Source: Gracilinanus agilis (Eukaryota). Taken from it: a stretch of DNA of 64,000 nt. The DNA lies in the NCBI RefSeq assembly GCF_016433145.1, contig NC_058130.1, positions 84,838,545-84,902,544 of the forward strand, given 5' to 3'. The position numbers and the translations under genes were made by a program. The notes beneath the pieces were generated by a model. That model was not told the DNA's origin and made no database searches. It saw only the letters and a program-made list of their open reading frames with translations. This document shows, piece after piece, positions 37,573-50,580 of the stretch. Every line of letters starts with the position of its first letter. Position 1 is the first letter of the stretch.

Positions 37573-38491
37573 TGTTAGATTGTTTCACAATGTAAATCAC
37601 TTTATTTAATCATCTGCCACCAGCATTATTATAACATTTGGGAAAAGAGTCCTTGTTATCTTGGAAGATGTAGTTATACCCAACCCTTTTTGTGGGCTGC
37701 AGATAAAGTCACCTTTAACATGACAAAAATGCATCTTGTAGGAATCCATTTATAACATCCACTGTGTGCGAAAGTAATGAAATTGAAAGCAGATTTCTGA
37801 ACTGATGCAGAGTGAAGTAAGCAGAATCATGAAAACAATATATACAGTGACAAATTAAGAAAGAATGAAAAAAACCTAACTGATGTGTAATTAATATGAC
37901 CTCAAAGAAGAACAGGAGAAATCTTCTCCACACCCCTCTTTTCAGGAGTAAAGAACTATGGATGTCATGTGCTTAGATATCATTGCCATCTTCCTGCTAC
38001 ACTGCCCTCTTGCCTTGGACCCAATACCCCAGTTTCCATCCTGGAGTCCTCAACTCTTGATTAGAATTGTATCAATCATTTACCCTCTGACTTACCATAT
38101 CTGTGATTTCTCCTACCAAAACACTTCACCCTGACCACCAATCCCCTTTATCTTCCCCTGGGAGAAAATAAGTTCCTTTTTATATTTTTATCCCCAGTGC
38201 TTAGCACAAAGTCCAGCATACTGTTCTTTTTTAAATTTGTTTGATATTAATATTACGTTTTTAATAAATGAATGCTTTAAAATTTTTTTTCCTGTTGGTT
38301 TCGCTTAGCTGCTTTTTTCCCCCTTTTTATTCTTTTTTACAAGGGATGGTTCACTGAATTGGGGAAAGAAGGGCTATATTCAGAAATGAAAGCAACAGAA
38401 AAAAAGACATAAAAATATTAAAAGGAAATTTAAGAAAGGAAAAGCTGTTATTTTAATTAGTGGTGAATGTGTTTCATGCTTGTGGTTCCAG

Positions 38492-38618
38492 GTGCCTATG
38501 ACATTTGATGATGTGACTTTGTATTTCACGGAACAAGAGTGGAGGACCTTGGAGGAGTGGCAGAAAGAGCTTTACAAGAATGTAGTGAAGAATAATTATG
38601 AGACCTTAGTCTCATTGG
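38492..38618 (+). CDS. Gene B exon 2, KRAB-A ([42 protein letters not shown])
   Basis: 127 bp, ttccag acceptor, G/GTAAG donor. Confidence 0.95.
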
Positions 38619-39024
38619 GTAAGATGTTTTCATGAGGAATTTGGGGGTTGTTTTGTAATTCAAAGATATTTTTCCCAATTGCATGTAATAATAATTTTCA
38701 ACATGTTTTCCAAAATGATAAGATCCAAATCACCTCCCTTCCTCTCTTCCCTCCCCCACTTTGAAGACAATAAACAATTTGATCTGGGCCATATGTATAT
38801 TATCATACAAAACACATTTCCATATTGATCACTGTCAAAAGAGTACACTCATACAAAACCAAAATGTGATTGTTTTATAGAAATAAATACTAGAAGAGAC
38901 CTCAAAATGTGATCTAGCTTGACTACTTGGAACTTTATCTGTTTATTAAATTTATCAAGGTAGTAGATACTGGGAATACAAAGACAAAAATAGAACTGTA
39001 ACATACAACTGTCAATGATATTTT

Positions 39025-39215
39025 TTTAAACCCTTATCTTATGCCCTTAGAATTGATACTAAGAATTAGTTCCAAAGCAGAAAAGTGGTAAGGTCTAGGC
39101 AACTGGGGTTAAATGATTTGCCTATGGTCACATAGTTAGGAAATGTCTGAGACCAGATTTGAATCCAGGGTCCTCTGCTTCCAGACAGGCTCTCTTATCT
39201 ACTGAGCCACCTATG
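39025..39215 (-). mobile_element. Marsupial SINE
   Basis: tttaaacccttatctt...ggcaactggggttaaatgatttgcc pattern. Confidence 0.75.
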
Positions 39216-39871
39216 ATGCCATAGCTGCCATCAGTAATGAAGAAGATCACTTAGAAATAGAGATGTTGGATACTGTGCATGCTTAGGGTGCCATGCTGGT
39301 CTAACGTGTTACCACGCCACCTCCATCCTATCAAGTGAAATATCCCCCCCACAGCATTTTTCTATGTTTTTGGTGGTGCCTGTGTCTTTTGCTTGGCTAA
39401 TGTCACCCCCAAAAATAGAATCAGGCTAATCTTAATTACCTCATTTCTTTCACTTGGAGTCATCATCTTCATTTTAGTTCTATAAATATCTCATGAATAA
39501 CAGCAAGAACAAATGACAGCTTAAGTTTTTCATCCTGAAGTGCATCACCTCATTCTTTTCTTTTAACAGTTTTGTATCTCTGAATTTTGCATAGGCCTCC
39601 TACTTTATCCTGTATGGGAACATTAACCTTATATGACTGGCAACTACACTCCTACTGGATGAAGAGTACTATATTAGGTTTTGTGGTAAATTCATAGAAA
39701 TTTATTATGAAAATATATGTATGTATGTCTATATGTATATAGATTTCTTTGGGGGCAGGGCAAGACTTGAATCCAGGTCTTTCTACCTCCCCAAGGCCAA
39801 CTCTATCAGCTATCAAGAGTTATCAAACATATTGCCCCTAGGGAACCAGATGATTAAAATGTAAATGTGAG

Positions 39872-40070
39872 ACAGGCAAGTTGCTCAGTAGATAGAGTGC
39901 CAGACTTGGAGACAGGAGTTCCTGGATTCTCAAATCTGGCCTCAGATATGTCTTAGCTGTGTGACCCTAGGCAAGTCACTTAACCTCCACTGCCTAGCCC
40001 TTACAGATCTTTTGCCTTGAAACTGATACTTAGTATTGATCCTAAAAGACAGAAGGTTAGGGTTTTTTTT
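39872..40070 (+). mobile_element. Marsupial SINE
   Basis: gctcagtagatagag...ttagctgtgtgaccctaggcaagtcacttaac. Confidence 0.75.
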
Positions 40071-40389
40071 AATGTAAATGGAAAATGTTTAACAAAATAA
40101 AAATGCAATACAACATAAATAATGTTAATTTATGGTTTTCTAAGTCAATATTCTGCAAGCTAGGATCCATTTTTGTTTTGAGTTTTGACTTCTCTGCTCT
40201 AGGCCACTCTGCTTTTCTTACATATCAGTTTAAAAATAGAACCACCTAATTCTCCAGGAACTATTAGTCTCTTTGAAGAGACCTAAAACATCAGCAAATA
40301 GCATAGCATACATAGTAAAGGAGCTGAGATTTTGTGAGGATGGAGAATGTATGGCTTGAGAATTTTCCACACATGTCTATGATTTAGCA

Positions 40390-40583
40390 CAGTGATTCCC
40401 AAAGTGGGCACCACCGCCCCTTGGTGGGTGCTGCAGCGATCCAGGGGGGCGGTGATGGCCACAGGTGCATTTATCTTTCCTATTAATTGCTATTAAAATT
40501 TTAAAAAAATTAATTTCCAGGGGGCTAAGTAATATTTTTTTCTGGAAAGGGGGCTGTAGACCAAAAAAGTTTGGGAACCACTG
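40390..40583. mobile_element. hAT-Charlie type MITE, copy 2
   Basis: Same TIRs and body as 8545-8736; 8-bp TSD atttagca. Confidence 0.92.
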
Positions 40584-42313
40584 ATTTAGCAGATAAAACT
40601 TTAGAGAATTGCCCAGGATCCCCCAGCCGGTATCACTTACATCTCCTCCTTTTTACCTTCTGGTACCTGAACTTCCAGTCTGGGAGAGGTTCCTGAAGCT
40701 TGGGGAAAGTTAGTTTGCCCAGATAGTGTCACGGACAGGTTCTGACCCTTGGACTTCCCTACACCCTGTTCAACACTGTCTATTCTGCCACACTTTCTTC
40801 TAAATTACAATACAAGATAAATTCTACAGTGCAAGAGTTGCCAAGAGGTAAAGCAAATGCTATCAGTTGTAAGTGCTACAGTATCCAGAAGAAGAGAAAA
40901 CCACTGTGGGATAAAATAGGTTGGAAATGCCTCTTAGAACAATCGAGGAATTTTCAAAAGAAAAGTTTGCTTACCCGAGTCTACAAAGTGTCCAAAGAGA
41001 ATGTGAAATGAGTAGTGGCTGATGGTTTTAGGCTTTGACCCTCCTGGGAACAGTTGGAGCAGTGGTTCAATAGTAAGCTAGGTTTGAAGGAATGAAAATG
41101 AAAACTTGGACCATAGCCCACTCTGCCCACCAGCCTGCTCCTGTGCAGCAGCAAGCACCCTGCTGCATTTGCAACATAAGCAAGGGTGGCTATGTGGGAC
41201 TTGAAGACAGCTGGTTGTAGTGTAAACCTACAGTTTAATATTCAAAGCTCTTTACAAATTGGCCCTTCCAACCTTCTTGTGCTTTACCTGATCTTATGTA
41301 CTTTGTGGTCCACTGACAGGCCTCCTGGTTCTCCCTTGAACAAGACACTCCATCTCCTGACTCTAGGCATTTTTACTACCTGGCTCCCGTGCCAGGAAAG
41401 CTTTTTCCTCATCTCTGCCTCCTGGCTTTCTCCAAGTCTCAGCTAAAAATCCCACCTTTTAAGAGAAACTTTTCTTGACCTCCCTTCATACTAGTACCTT
41501 AAAGGCCTTCACTTGATTCTCTCCGACTTACTCTGTGTAGATTTTGTTTGTACAGAGTTGTTTGGATGTTGTCTTCCCATGTTAGACAGGGAGCTCCTTG
41601 AGGGCAGGGTCTGGCTTTTGCCTTTCTTTGTATCTTTAGTGCCTGGCACTAGTAGGAATCTATTTATTGACTGACTGATAAGTGCAGGAACTTGGGTAAG
41701 TAGACCTTCATTACAAGTCACATTCCCTATACTTAATATGACCACAAGCAAGTATTTTTATCTCTTTGCATTCTATTTCTTTATGATATTTAATATGGAT
41801 ACAATGACATTTGATCTAGGAACCTCATGGTTTGTGTAGACCTTAAAGCACTATATAAATGTAACTTATTGATGTGGAGTAGCCTTAAACAAGATAGACA
41901 GTCCATCTACTTGAGCCAGGTGATAATGAAAACATCACCAAGAACACTAAAGAATATTTCACCTAGAACCACTTGTTTTCAAGTCAGTCAGTAATTCAAA
42001 GATTGATTTTTATGGCCATCTGACACATCTTGAGTCACTTCAAATGGCTATTCAGGAACTCCCAAAACAAAAATAATAATTTAATCACTATATACAATGC
42101 TATACTTTTAAGAGAGACAAAGAAATTAACTCATGAACAGCTTAGAGCAAGATAGGCTAGACATCACTCTAGGAACTCAGTGATGGGATATGAATAGTCA
42201 TGTTCTGTTTTATAACACCTGAAAGCTTCTGTTTTTTATGTGTCCCCAAAACTTGTTCTTCTAGTGACCTAAAGAAAAATCAACTTAATTGCTATTTTGT
42301 AACCTTCATCCAG

Positions 42314-42472
42314 GGTATGCCATTCCCAAACCAGACTTGATAACCCAGATTGAAGGAGGGGAAGAGCCATTCATCAGAGATCAGGGACCTTTGAAGACAC
42401 TAAAATTGGCCATTGGTTCTAGTGTTGGTGGGCATCTTGGCTTGAAGAACACACAGGGGCAGCTGTTTTCTG
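42314..42472 (+). CDS. Gene B exon 3, extended KRAB-B (GYAIPKPDLITQIEGGEEPFIRDQG...QGQLFS)
   Basis: 159 bp, phase 1-1, catccag acceptor, G/GTGAGT donor; flanking introns are homologous to those of 17192-17347. Confidence 0.9.
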
Positions 42473-44004
42473 GTGAGTGAGAAAAGGTGAAAGGGGTAAA
42501 ACTGAGGATATGTTCAGATCCTCTTCCTTTGGGACTTAAATCTTCCTTTTATGTTGAGCTGAGCTGGGGTTTGATTTCAGGGCAGGACTGGGCTTCAAGA
42601 GAGCAGAGAAGGAGTTGAACTGTCCAGAGCTCCAGACATTAAACAACTTCACTATTACATGTGTAACAGTGACAAGCTCTGTCCTGATTTTCTTGTTTCA
42701 GAAAACTGAAATTCCAGCTTCCTCCCCCCAAAAAAACTGTCATGAGTTGGGAAGCAAATTTGTAATATAATAGAAAATGTTTTGTTTCATTTTTGGCTGT
42801 TGCCTTTCATTTGCCAGGAAGTAAACCACTAAAATAGAAAACTTTGCTCCTGGGTAAGGAAGCATTGAGTTCCTAATTAACTCTATAAGTGAAGAAGGAA
42901 AAGACATATAGTTCTTTTCAATTGGAGAATTTCCACCCACTGCATTTAGTTGGCTAAAATAAATTACCTATAATAAAAAAGTGGGGAGGGGTCCTGTGAT
43001 ATGACTGAGATGATTATTTCTCATGAGACAAAGTACTTAAGTATCTAGTTTCCTTTCCTGAAGGAACTCCACCTCTGTGAATTGCCACAGTGTTGTGCTA
43101 GAAACATTGGTTCCAGATCAATAAGAATTTGATGAAAAAACATTCTTAACAGACTCAGGAGCACAATTAATTTGTCAGCTTTCAATCTGCAAAGGAAGGA
43201 GAATGCAAGAAGGCAGTTTTTCCTAACCCCTTTTTGTTCAAGATTTCTAGAGAAGCAACATGGTATTATGGAGAGAATGTGCTGCACTCAAGATAACCTG
43301 AGTTATACTCCCATTGACCACAATTCATTAAATCTCTCTGAGCCATAATTTCCTCATCTGTGAAATGGGGATGATAATGCTTGTACCACATATAAATCAT
43401 TAACTCACAGAACTGCTGTACAAATTGCAGAAGATCATATATATAAGGCACTGGAGCCTCACCATTCTTCCAGAGTCAGACCTTCCTGGAAACTTTCCTT
43501 GGACATTGTAGTAGAATTTTTGAAATTAACACTTCCTCTGAGCATCCCTCTTTGACCTCCACAAGTCACATGAGAGACTGGGAAAAATGTAGTCACCATA
43601 TACATATATGTGTGTGTGTGTGTGTATATATATTCCAGCCTTTCAGAGTATTTTAATTCATATCAATGGCTACCTTCAGGGGAGGAAATTGGGGACTCAC
43701 AGTTAGGGCTTGATGTTACCAGATGTGGGGTTTCAAATCCTTGACTTTCTCACATGTATTGAAAGGGAGGGAGTAGTAAATAGGGTCCTAGCAATCTGTT
43801 TGTTCTTGATTGTGATAATGAAATGAAAAAAAGAATTTAGGAGCAAAGCAAGAGCATCTCTTGCAATGAAATTTAGATTTTTCTGACAACTTGGCATCTA
43901 ACTTTGGTAAAGACATAGAGAAGTCATTGCTTCAAAAAATATTAAGGGCTTCCATGTTGTTGCCAGGAATATTGATGGGATTTTTTGTTTGTTTTTAATT
44001 CCAG

Positions 44005-44702
44005 GGAATTCTAAATCTTCAAAAGAGCAGGAAAACCTTCAAAATCAGAACTCATCTTGGCTCTTGCCATTCCGTTGTAGTGAGTGTAACAAGGGCTTCA
44101 CCCACAAGTCTCAGCTAGCCAATCACATTAGGGTACACAGAGAGAAAAAGCCTTTCTTCTGCACTGAGTGCAACAAGAACTATGGCCGAAAGGACCGACT
44201 GCTCAGGCACCAGCGCCTGCACACTGGAGAGAGACCTTTCCAGTGCCCAGAGTGTGATAAGAGCTTCCACCAGAAGGGGCATCTTCTCAGGCATCTGCCT
44301 ATACACACTGGGGAAAGGCCCTTTCAGTGTCCAGAGTGTGACAAAAGCTTCCGAGTGAAAGCTGACATGAAGGCCCATCAGCGCCGACACAGTGGGGAAA
44401 AGCCATTCTCCTGCAGTGAGTGTGGTAAGGGCTTCACAAAGCATTGTCATCTCACTGAGCACATCAGATTGCACACTGGGGAGAGGCCCTTCCAGTGCCC
44501 AGAGTGTGACAAGAGCTTTCGCCTGAAAGCAGACATGAAGGGTCATCTTCGAATACATAGCAAGGCCAGATCATTCTGCTGTAGTGAGTGTGAGAAAACA
44601 TTCCCCAAGCAGTCTAAGCTCACAGCTCACATTAAGGTACACACAAAGAAACAGCACTACAAGGGTTTGCTGTATGGACTGATGGATCTTGATTGGAGTT
44701 AA
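44005..44702 (+). CDS. Gene B terminal exon, 7 C2H2 fingers plus LYGLMDLDWS tail
   Basis: Same acceptor context as gene A, phase 1; fingers align 1:1 with gene A. Confidence 0.95.
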
Positions 44703-47329
44703 AACCCCTAGCAGACAAGGGGTGGATATCAAATATACACTCCAAGAAGAGTTACAGTGGGAAAGGACTTCAGATATCATCTAACTCTACAACATCCATG
44801 ACCAAAGGTCTTTAAACACAGGGACACCTCCAGTAATAGGAAACTTGCTACCTCATGAGGCAGGCCATATTCCATTCTGGGATAGCTGTGATTGTTGCAG
44901 AGTTCTTAGATTGCACTAGAATCAGGGTCCGAGCCAGGTAGAAGGGAAGTTCCTTTTCCATAAGGTAGTTCTTCAGCTATTCAGGAACTTTGGCCAGTAA
45001 AGTTGGTGATCACACTGAGTGATGCTGGTTTTTGTTCAAAAATAAGATAAAACTGAGAATGAGCCTTGTGTTTTCATGTACCTCATGAACTGGCTCTGAA
45101 GAGGTTATCACTTCTTCAGATGTCATAATACTCCACTATTGGCAAATCCCTTCTTTGTACTCCCTAAAAACCAAAGAAATTCTACCAGAAAACTTGAGAG
45201 AGAACCAAGAATATAGACTAGTCTGCCAGGGAACATAGTCTTCCTTCTGCCCATCTCAAACCTGAACAGAGAAGGCACTTAGGCACTTCACAGCCTTTTA
45301 AAATGTCTTAAATGAATACAGTTGCATTTTAGGCCTTGTTTGGTGAAGTTGGTTTTGTTTTGGGAGGGGAGGTGTTTGCTTTTTTGCTGTAGTTTATTAA
45401 TGCCACAATAATAAAAAACATCTCTGAGTCTGAGGTGATTAGCTTGTATGAAGAGTCAGTGAGTGCTCTGTGTTAGCTACACAAAATCCCCTCAACTTGA
45501 GAGAAGCCCTCTGTTCCACTGAGTGAGGGAACAGTGAGCTTGGGAATTAGTTCCTGCTCTCTTAGCCTGAGTAAGATTTCCTTAAGCACATTTGAAAACA
45601 AATAATCACAAACAAATAGAACCAAATTCCCCTCAGCCATGACTGATCATAAAGGGTCCAGAGGATGCCTGATAAGATGGTGGATTGAACTGGGTGAATT
45701 TGTCTGGGAAGGCTTTATGGAGTACCTTGAGCTGTACTGAAGAAGAAGATAGACATTTCAGGAAGAAAAATGGGTTGGGGAAGTTCACTAAGGCCAAATG
45801 TATATGGCTGGAGAAAGATGATGAAAATGACTGTGAGGTTAGTGTTGAGGAAATTCAGTGTCTGTAGTGGGGGAGGAGAGATTGTCCCTGGAATTTCAGA
45901 CTAAGGAACATGAAGCCAAAAGAAAAAAGCACTACATTTGAAGTTTGTGAGACTTGAGTTTGAATCACCTAGCTTTGTGACCAAAGGAAAGGCATTTAAC
46001 CTCTGACCTTCAGTTTCCTCATCTGTTATGCAAATAACACCTCTGGATCTACCTCAGAAGTTTGTGGTCAGGATCAATCAAACAAACTGAAAATTTAATG
46101 GTTCAATCATTCATAATCTATTCTACTCTCACTCATTGTGGGCCAGATCCTCCAATGCACTTAACTGCACAGCACAGGCTTAAAATAATGGGTGTCCACT
46201 GACTCTGTCTCTGCCTTATATCTCCTCCTAATCTAGCCTGCATGATAATTTTTTCTCAAGCACCATTCTATCACAACATTCCCCTCTTCTGGTTACTTCA
46301 GTGATTCCTGGTTGACCCTCAGGACAGTCCCTTTGACTTCTTGAGTCTCTTTTAACAATCCCCAGCTGTGGGTCACTTTCACTGCCCATTCTGTCCCCTT
46401 CTGCCTCTGGGAGAATGAATGTTTCTGGAAAAATCTGAAATGCTGAACAAATTCATGGTATCTTACTCCAATTGTATTGTAATTGCTGTTCAGCTCAACT
46501 CATGTGGCTCCCTATTGTATTCCTCATAACAGTTGTTCCAGATCCTCCTCAAGCCCCTGGATAGATTAAGCCGCAAATACTGAATGCCCATCCTTGTACC
46601 AGACTGCTTGGCAGTGGGGAGACAAAAACATGGGACAGTCCCTACTCTTAGAGTTTTACATATCACTAAGAGACTGCAACACTTGTCGAAAAATGGCCCG
46701 GGAAGGACGCACTGGTTGGGCAGAGAGCAAGATGATCACGTCGGGATAGCTGGCAAAGGGGGATGAAACACCATGCAAGAGAAGGCAGCTGAAGTTTTGT
46801 TTTTTGTTTTTGTTTTTTTTTTTAAGGAGCTCCCCCACATCCTTACCTGCAGGCTTCAAACTAACTCTCCCCTTAAAATACCTGTCCATCTCTGTTTCTT
46901 TATGTCTAGCCCGCGATCTGTAGGATCCACAACAGCCTCCTTCTTCCTTCCCCTCACGATCCAGTTTCTCGAAGGGTTCACCCTCACTGACTACCCACTC
47001 ACTTCTAGCAGCAGTCTGACTCCTAGCCTTCTATTCCCACCTCTCTCCCACGACTCAAAGTACAGTATTTTCTCCTAGGTCCGGGCACAGGCATATTTAG
47101 GGACTTGGCGTCGGCTGCGTAAGGCTAAATCCGGTTACAAGCAGACGTGAGGAGCCCTACCGGAATTCATAGGAACTTGGCGGTGCCCCAACAGAGCAAA
47201 GGCACAGCCTTCGCTAATGGAATGGGGAGCCAAGAAGCACCAGGGTCCTAAATAAAAAAATCAGAAGGGGGCATTAAGGAAAGGGGAAAAAAAGGGAAAG
47301 GAAGCAAATTTGTAGGTACTGGGCTAGGG

Positions 47330-48200
47330 CCAGTTGTGGCACAGGGTCGCGTGAGTTCCAGAGGGAGGCTGAAGGATGAGAGAAAACGTGGAGGGTCGCG
47401 ATCACATTGCTGGACGACCTCGTAAGAGACACCTGGATCCTGCCGGGAGACAGGGACAGGCGGCCGTAGCTGCCAGGAGAAAGGAGAGAAGAAAGGGAGA
47501 GATACCAGTTGAGAGAGAAAGCGCTCCGGAGCCTAGAGAGGGACCGAGGGCGGGGCCGAGAGAAGGCGGGGCAGGAGAGGCGCAGACGGGAGGAGGAGGG
47601 GCAGGGAGAAGAGTTCCTCCTCCCGCCCTCAGGTGGCGCTGTGGGGGCGGAGTGCGGGAGAAGGGGCGGGCCCCTCCTTGAGGCCGACAGGTCGGTACCC
47701 CGGATGCAGGTCGCGTCCCAGACCACGAGGTCCCCAGACTGCTGGACCGAGCTCCGTGCTCAGTTGCCCCGGGCCGGAGGAATCCAGAGGCATGGCCGCG
47801 GGGGCGCCTGCTCGGGTGAGAAACGGGGCCGCGGGGGCGAGGGGTTGGAGTGAGAGGCGTGTCCGTAATAACTCCCTTATGAAGCTATTTAAAGTTTGCC
47901 GACACGTTATCTGTAATTCCTTAGAACTGTGCTGCAGCGACCTCTTCGGATATCCTAGACGAGAAGCCCGAGGCTCCAGAGGTTAAGCCTTTGGCGAGGA
48001 TCTCGGGGCTCGTGAGGGGCACAGTCTCCCGCTGCCACAGACTATCAGGCATCTCTTCTCCAGAGCCGAGGACGGAGAGACCGAAACGAACCCCGCTCTG
48101 AAGGAGGCCCCTGAGCCTCCCCGCCCTCGGTCCTCAGGGCTGACTTTGCCTACCCACCCCAGAGTAGGACTAGGCAGGAAGCCTCTGAGACCCACTGTTG
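47330..48200 (+). promoter_or_regulatory. CpG island promoter of gene C
   Basis: CpG-rich, GC boxes, paralogous core at 47610-47720. Confidence 0.85.
47792..47815 (+). CDS. ZNF786: Gene C (ZNF786-like) coding exon 1 (MAAGAPAR)
   Basis: ggcATGG context, donor GG/GTGAGA. Symbol is by recalled similarity and needs a reciprocal BLAST/synteny check. Confidence 0.8.
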
Positions 48201-48813
48201 GGGCTGGCTCGTGCTCTCTAAGAAATTGTTGGCCTTTCTCTAACATGAAAATATTGTCAAAGCACATTGCCCCACAATCATTTATGACATAGATGGGTTT
48301 TATTTTCCCCATTTTGCAGATGAGATAATTGAGGATTAGAATTTTAACTGATTTTCCCAAAATCGATTCGCTGAAAAGTGGTGTGAGAGGATTCGAACCC
48401 AGATTTCTATAGACCCAGCAGTTTTCCAATTACACCACACTCACACTGTATTTTCTCAAGGCAAACTTTCAGCATCCTAAAATGTCAGAGTATTGTAGTA
48501 AAATGTGTCTGCCCAAGATTCTGATGAACCTGGGGTCTAATTATCAGGAGTTCCATGAACTTTCACCTGATGAAAATCCACTTTACTTGAGAATTTGCCA
48601 CCATGTGTTATGCTTGGGAAAAAGAGGCCCTGCTTTCTTGGAGTTGTCTGTGTCCTGGATTTCTCTTGGAGTGCTCTGATCACCTTAAAAATGCTGAAAA
48701 TAGGCTTTCTGGGAATCAGTTTTGAAGCATCCTGTGTGAAATGAATGGGATTGAAAGAGTTTATATGAATTAGTAGTAATTAAAAGTGATTGGTTTCATA
48801 TTTGTAGTTCCAG

Positions 48814-48940
48814 ATACCGCTGACATTTGATGATGTGGCCATGTATTTCTCTGAGGAAGAATGGAGAAACTTGGAGGATTGGCAGAAGGAACTTTATAAG
48901 AACATAATGAAGTCCAATTATGAGACTTTGGTCTTCTTGG
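48814..48940 (+). CDS. ZNF786: Gene C exon 2, KRAB-A ([42 protein letters not shown])
   Basis: 127 bp, ttccag / GTAAG; close to human ZNF786 KRAB-A as recalled (LPLTFEDVAIYFSEQEW...[20 protein letters not shown]). Confidence 0.9.
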
Positions 48941-48957
48941 GTAAGATGCCTTAGAGA

Positions 48958-49696
48958 TGTAATAAGGAATTCTTTATTCTTTTTTTAATTTAATGGGGGA
49001 CCTGGAGGTCCTCTTACCATAGAGATGTGTGGGGATTAACCAATCCACAGTGACAGGAAGTAGAAACCATAGAGACAGAAAAAGGAACCATAGAGATAGG
49101 AAGTGAGATAGGAAAAGGTTATAAAAGGAGTCAGTTGCTGATAGGGCAGGCAGTTGCTGGGAAGTTGGCTGCTGGGATTGTGTTGGGTTAGTGGTTGGCA
49201 TTTGGTTGCTAGAATATAAAGGCAGGCCTGAGCTTACTAAGAAGACTTTTTGGCTTTATCCTTTAGAGGACTATTTGACCTTTTCTGGTTTGGGAGGTGG
49301 CTGGTCTTTGTTGACCTAATTGGGGTTAGAGAAAACACTGATTGGTTTGGTTTGGATTGGAACTTTGTAGGATGGTTCTTATTAGCAGTAGTTATAGGCA
49401 GTTATAGGTAGATATAGGCAGTTTTAGGAAGCAGTTATAGGATAACTAGTATAGACATTAGGAAATTTTCTCTCTCTATCTCCTATATTTCTCTCCTTTA
49501 CTACATTCACTTTACTATATTCTTTTACTATCTTTTAATTAAACTAAAATGTTAATTGTTAAAAGCTGCTAGAAGTTTTCTTTTCTCTGACTTAGAGGAA
49601 TAATATTAATTTACAACTCTGCTATATTCTCATTAAAACTTAAATTATTAAAAGCTGCTCTCTTAATTTGCCAAAAACCCTCATTTAACCTTTACA
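48958..49696 (+). mobile_element. LTR (probable solo) in gene C intron 2
   Basis: TGTAA...TTACA termini, TATAAAA 49120, ATTAAA 49538; no TSD identified. Confidence 0.7.
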
Positions 49697-50089
49697 TTTA
49701 ATTGGCGAACTTTATTGGTGATTTTCATGAAATCAGATTTCAGGAAAGGGGTTTTATGAAGTTATTCTTTGCTTTGCTTTGTCCTGACTTCTATAAGAAA
49801 ACTTGAAAGATGGTTTTTTAATATTTTTTTTTTGTCCTTGGACTTTCAACACTTGAGAGACTGAAATTAGTATATAAGAACATCTAATATATGGCATCAA
49901 TCATCTGAACCCCGCCACAAGGCAGCTTTCAAGGTCATTTTCTGGTACAATGTGGAGGCATATCCAGCGTGTTCAAATAAAACATCACGAGTATCCCATA
50001 ATTCACCAAATATTCAGCTCCTACTCTGTACCAAGGAACTGGGCTAGGTAATACAAAGACAAAAATTAAACAGTTCCTGATCTCACGTA

Positions 50090-50580
50090 ACTTTATATAT
50101 GTGCTTGTTTATGTGTATTTCCACTTATGCACACATAAATACTTTATATAAATATGTGTATATATATACATACAACATATAAGTGTATTGACACATTACT
50201 TCTATATTCTGTATGATGTATCTCTCTGCATGCATACATACACATGCTATATGGTATATGTAATATATAATGCATATGTCTACTTGTATATGGACCTTAT
50301 ATATAATATGTGCATATATACATTAAAAATAAGATAATAGTCATGTGTCTTTCTACTTGTATACACATGCATACATTGAATATTTTAAGTATAATTCATT
50401 TGTGTAGGCATACAAATATGTACATTTATGTAATATTCGTATCTTTCCATATATACATTGTATATTTAAAGATAATATATGTATGTTCATGTGAGTACAT
50501 ATATATTATATACATATACATATATATATAACATTCATATAGTGTGTATATTCCCTCATGTACACAAACATATATCTTCA
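50090..50580. repeat. Degenerate (TA/CA)-rich low-complexity tract
   Basis: Alternating purine-pyrimidine sequence. Confidence 0.8.

Noticed and set aside
47860-48010. Possible small structured RNA in gene C intron 1
   Set aside because: No snoRNA boxes or known ncRNA similarity that I can support by eye.
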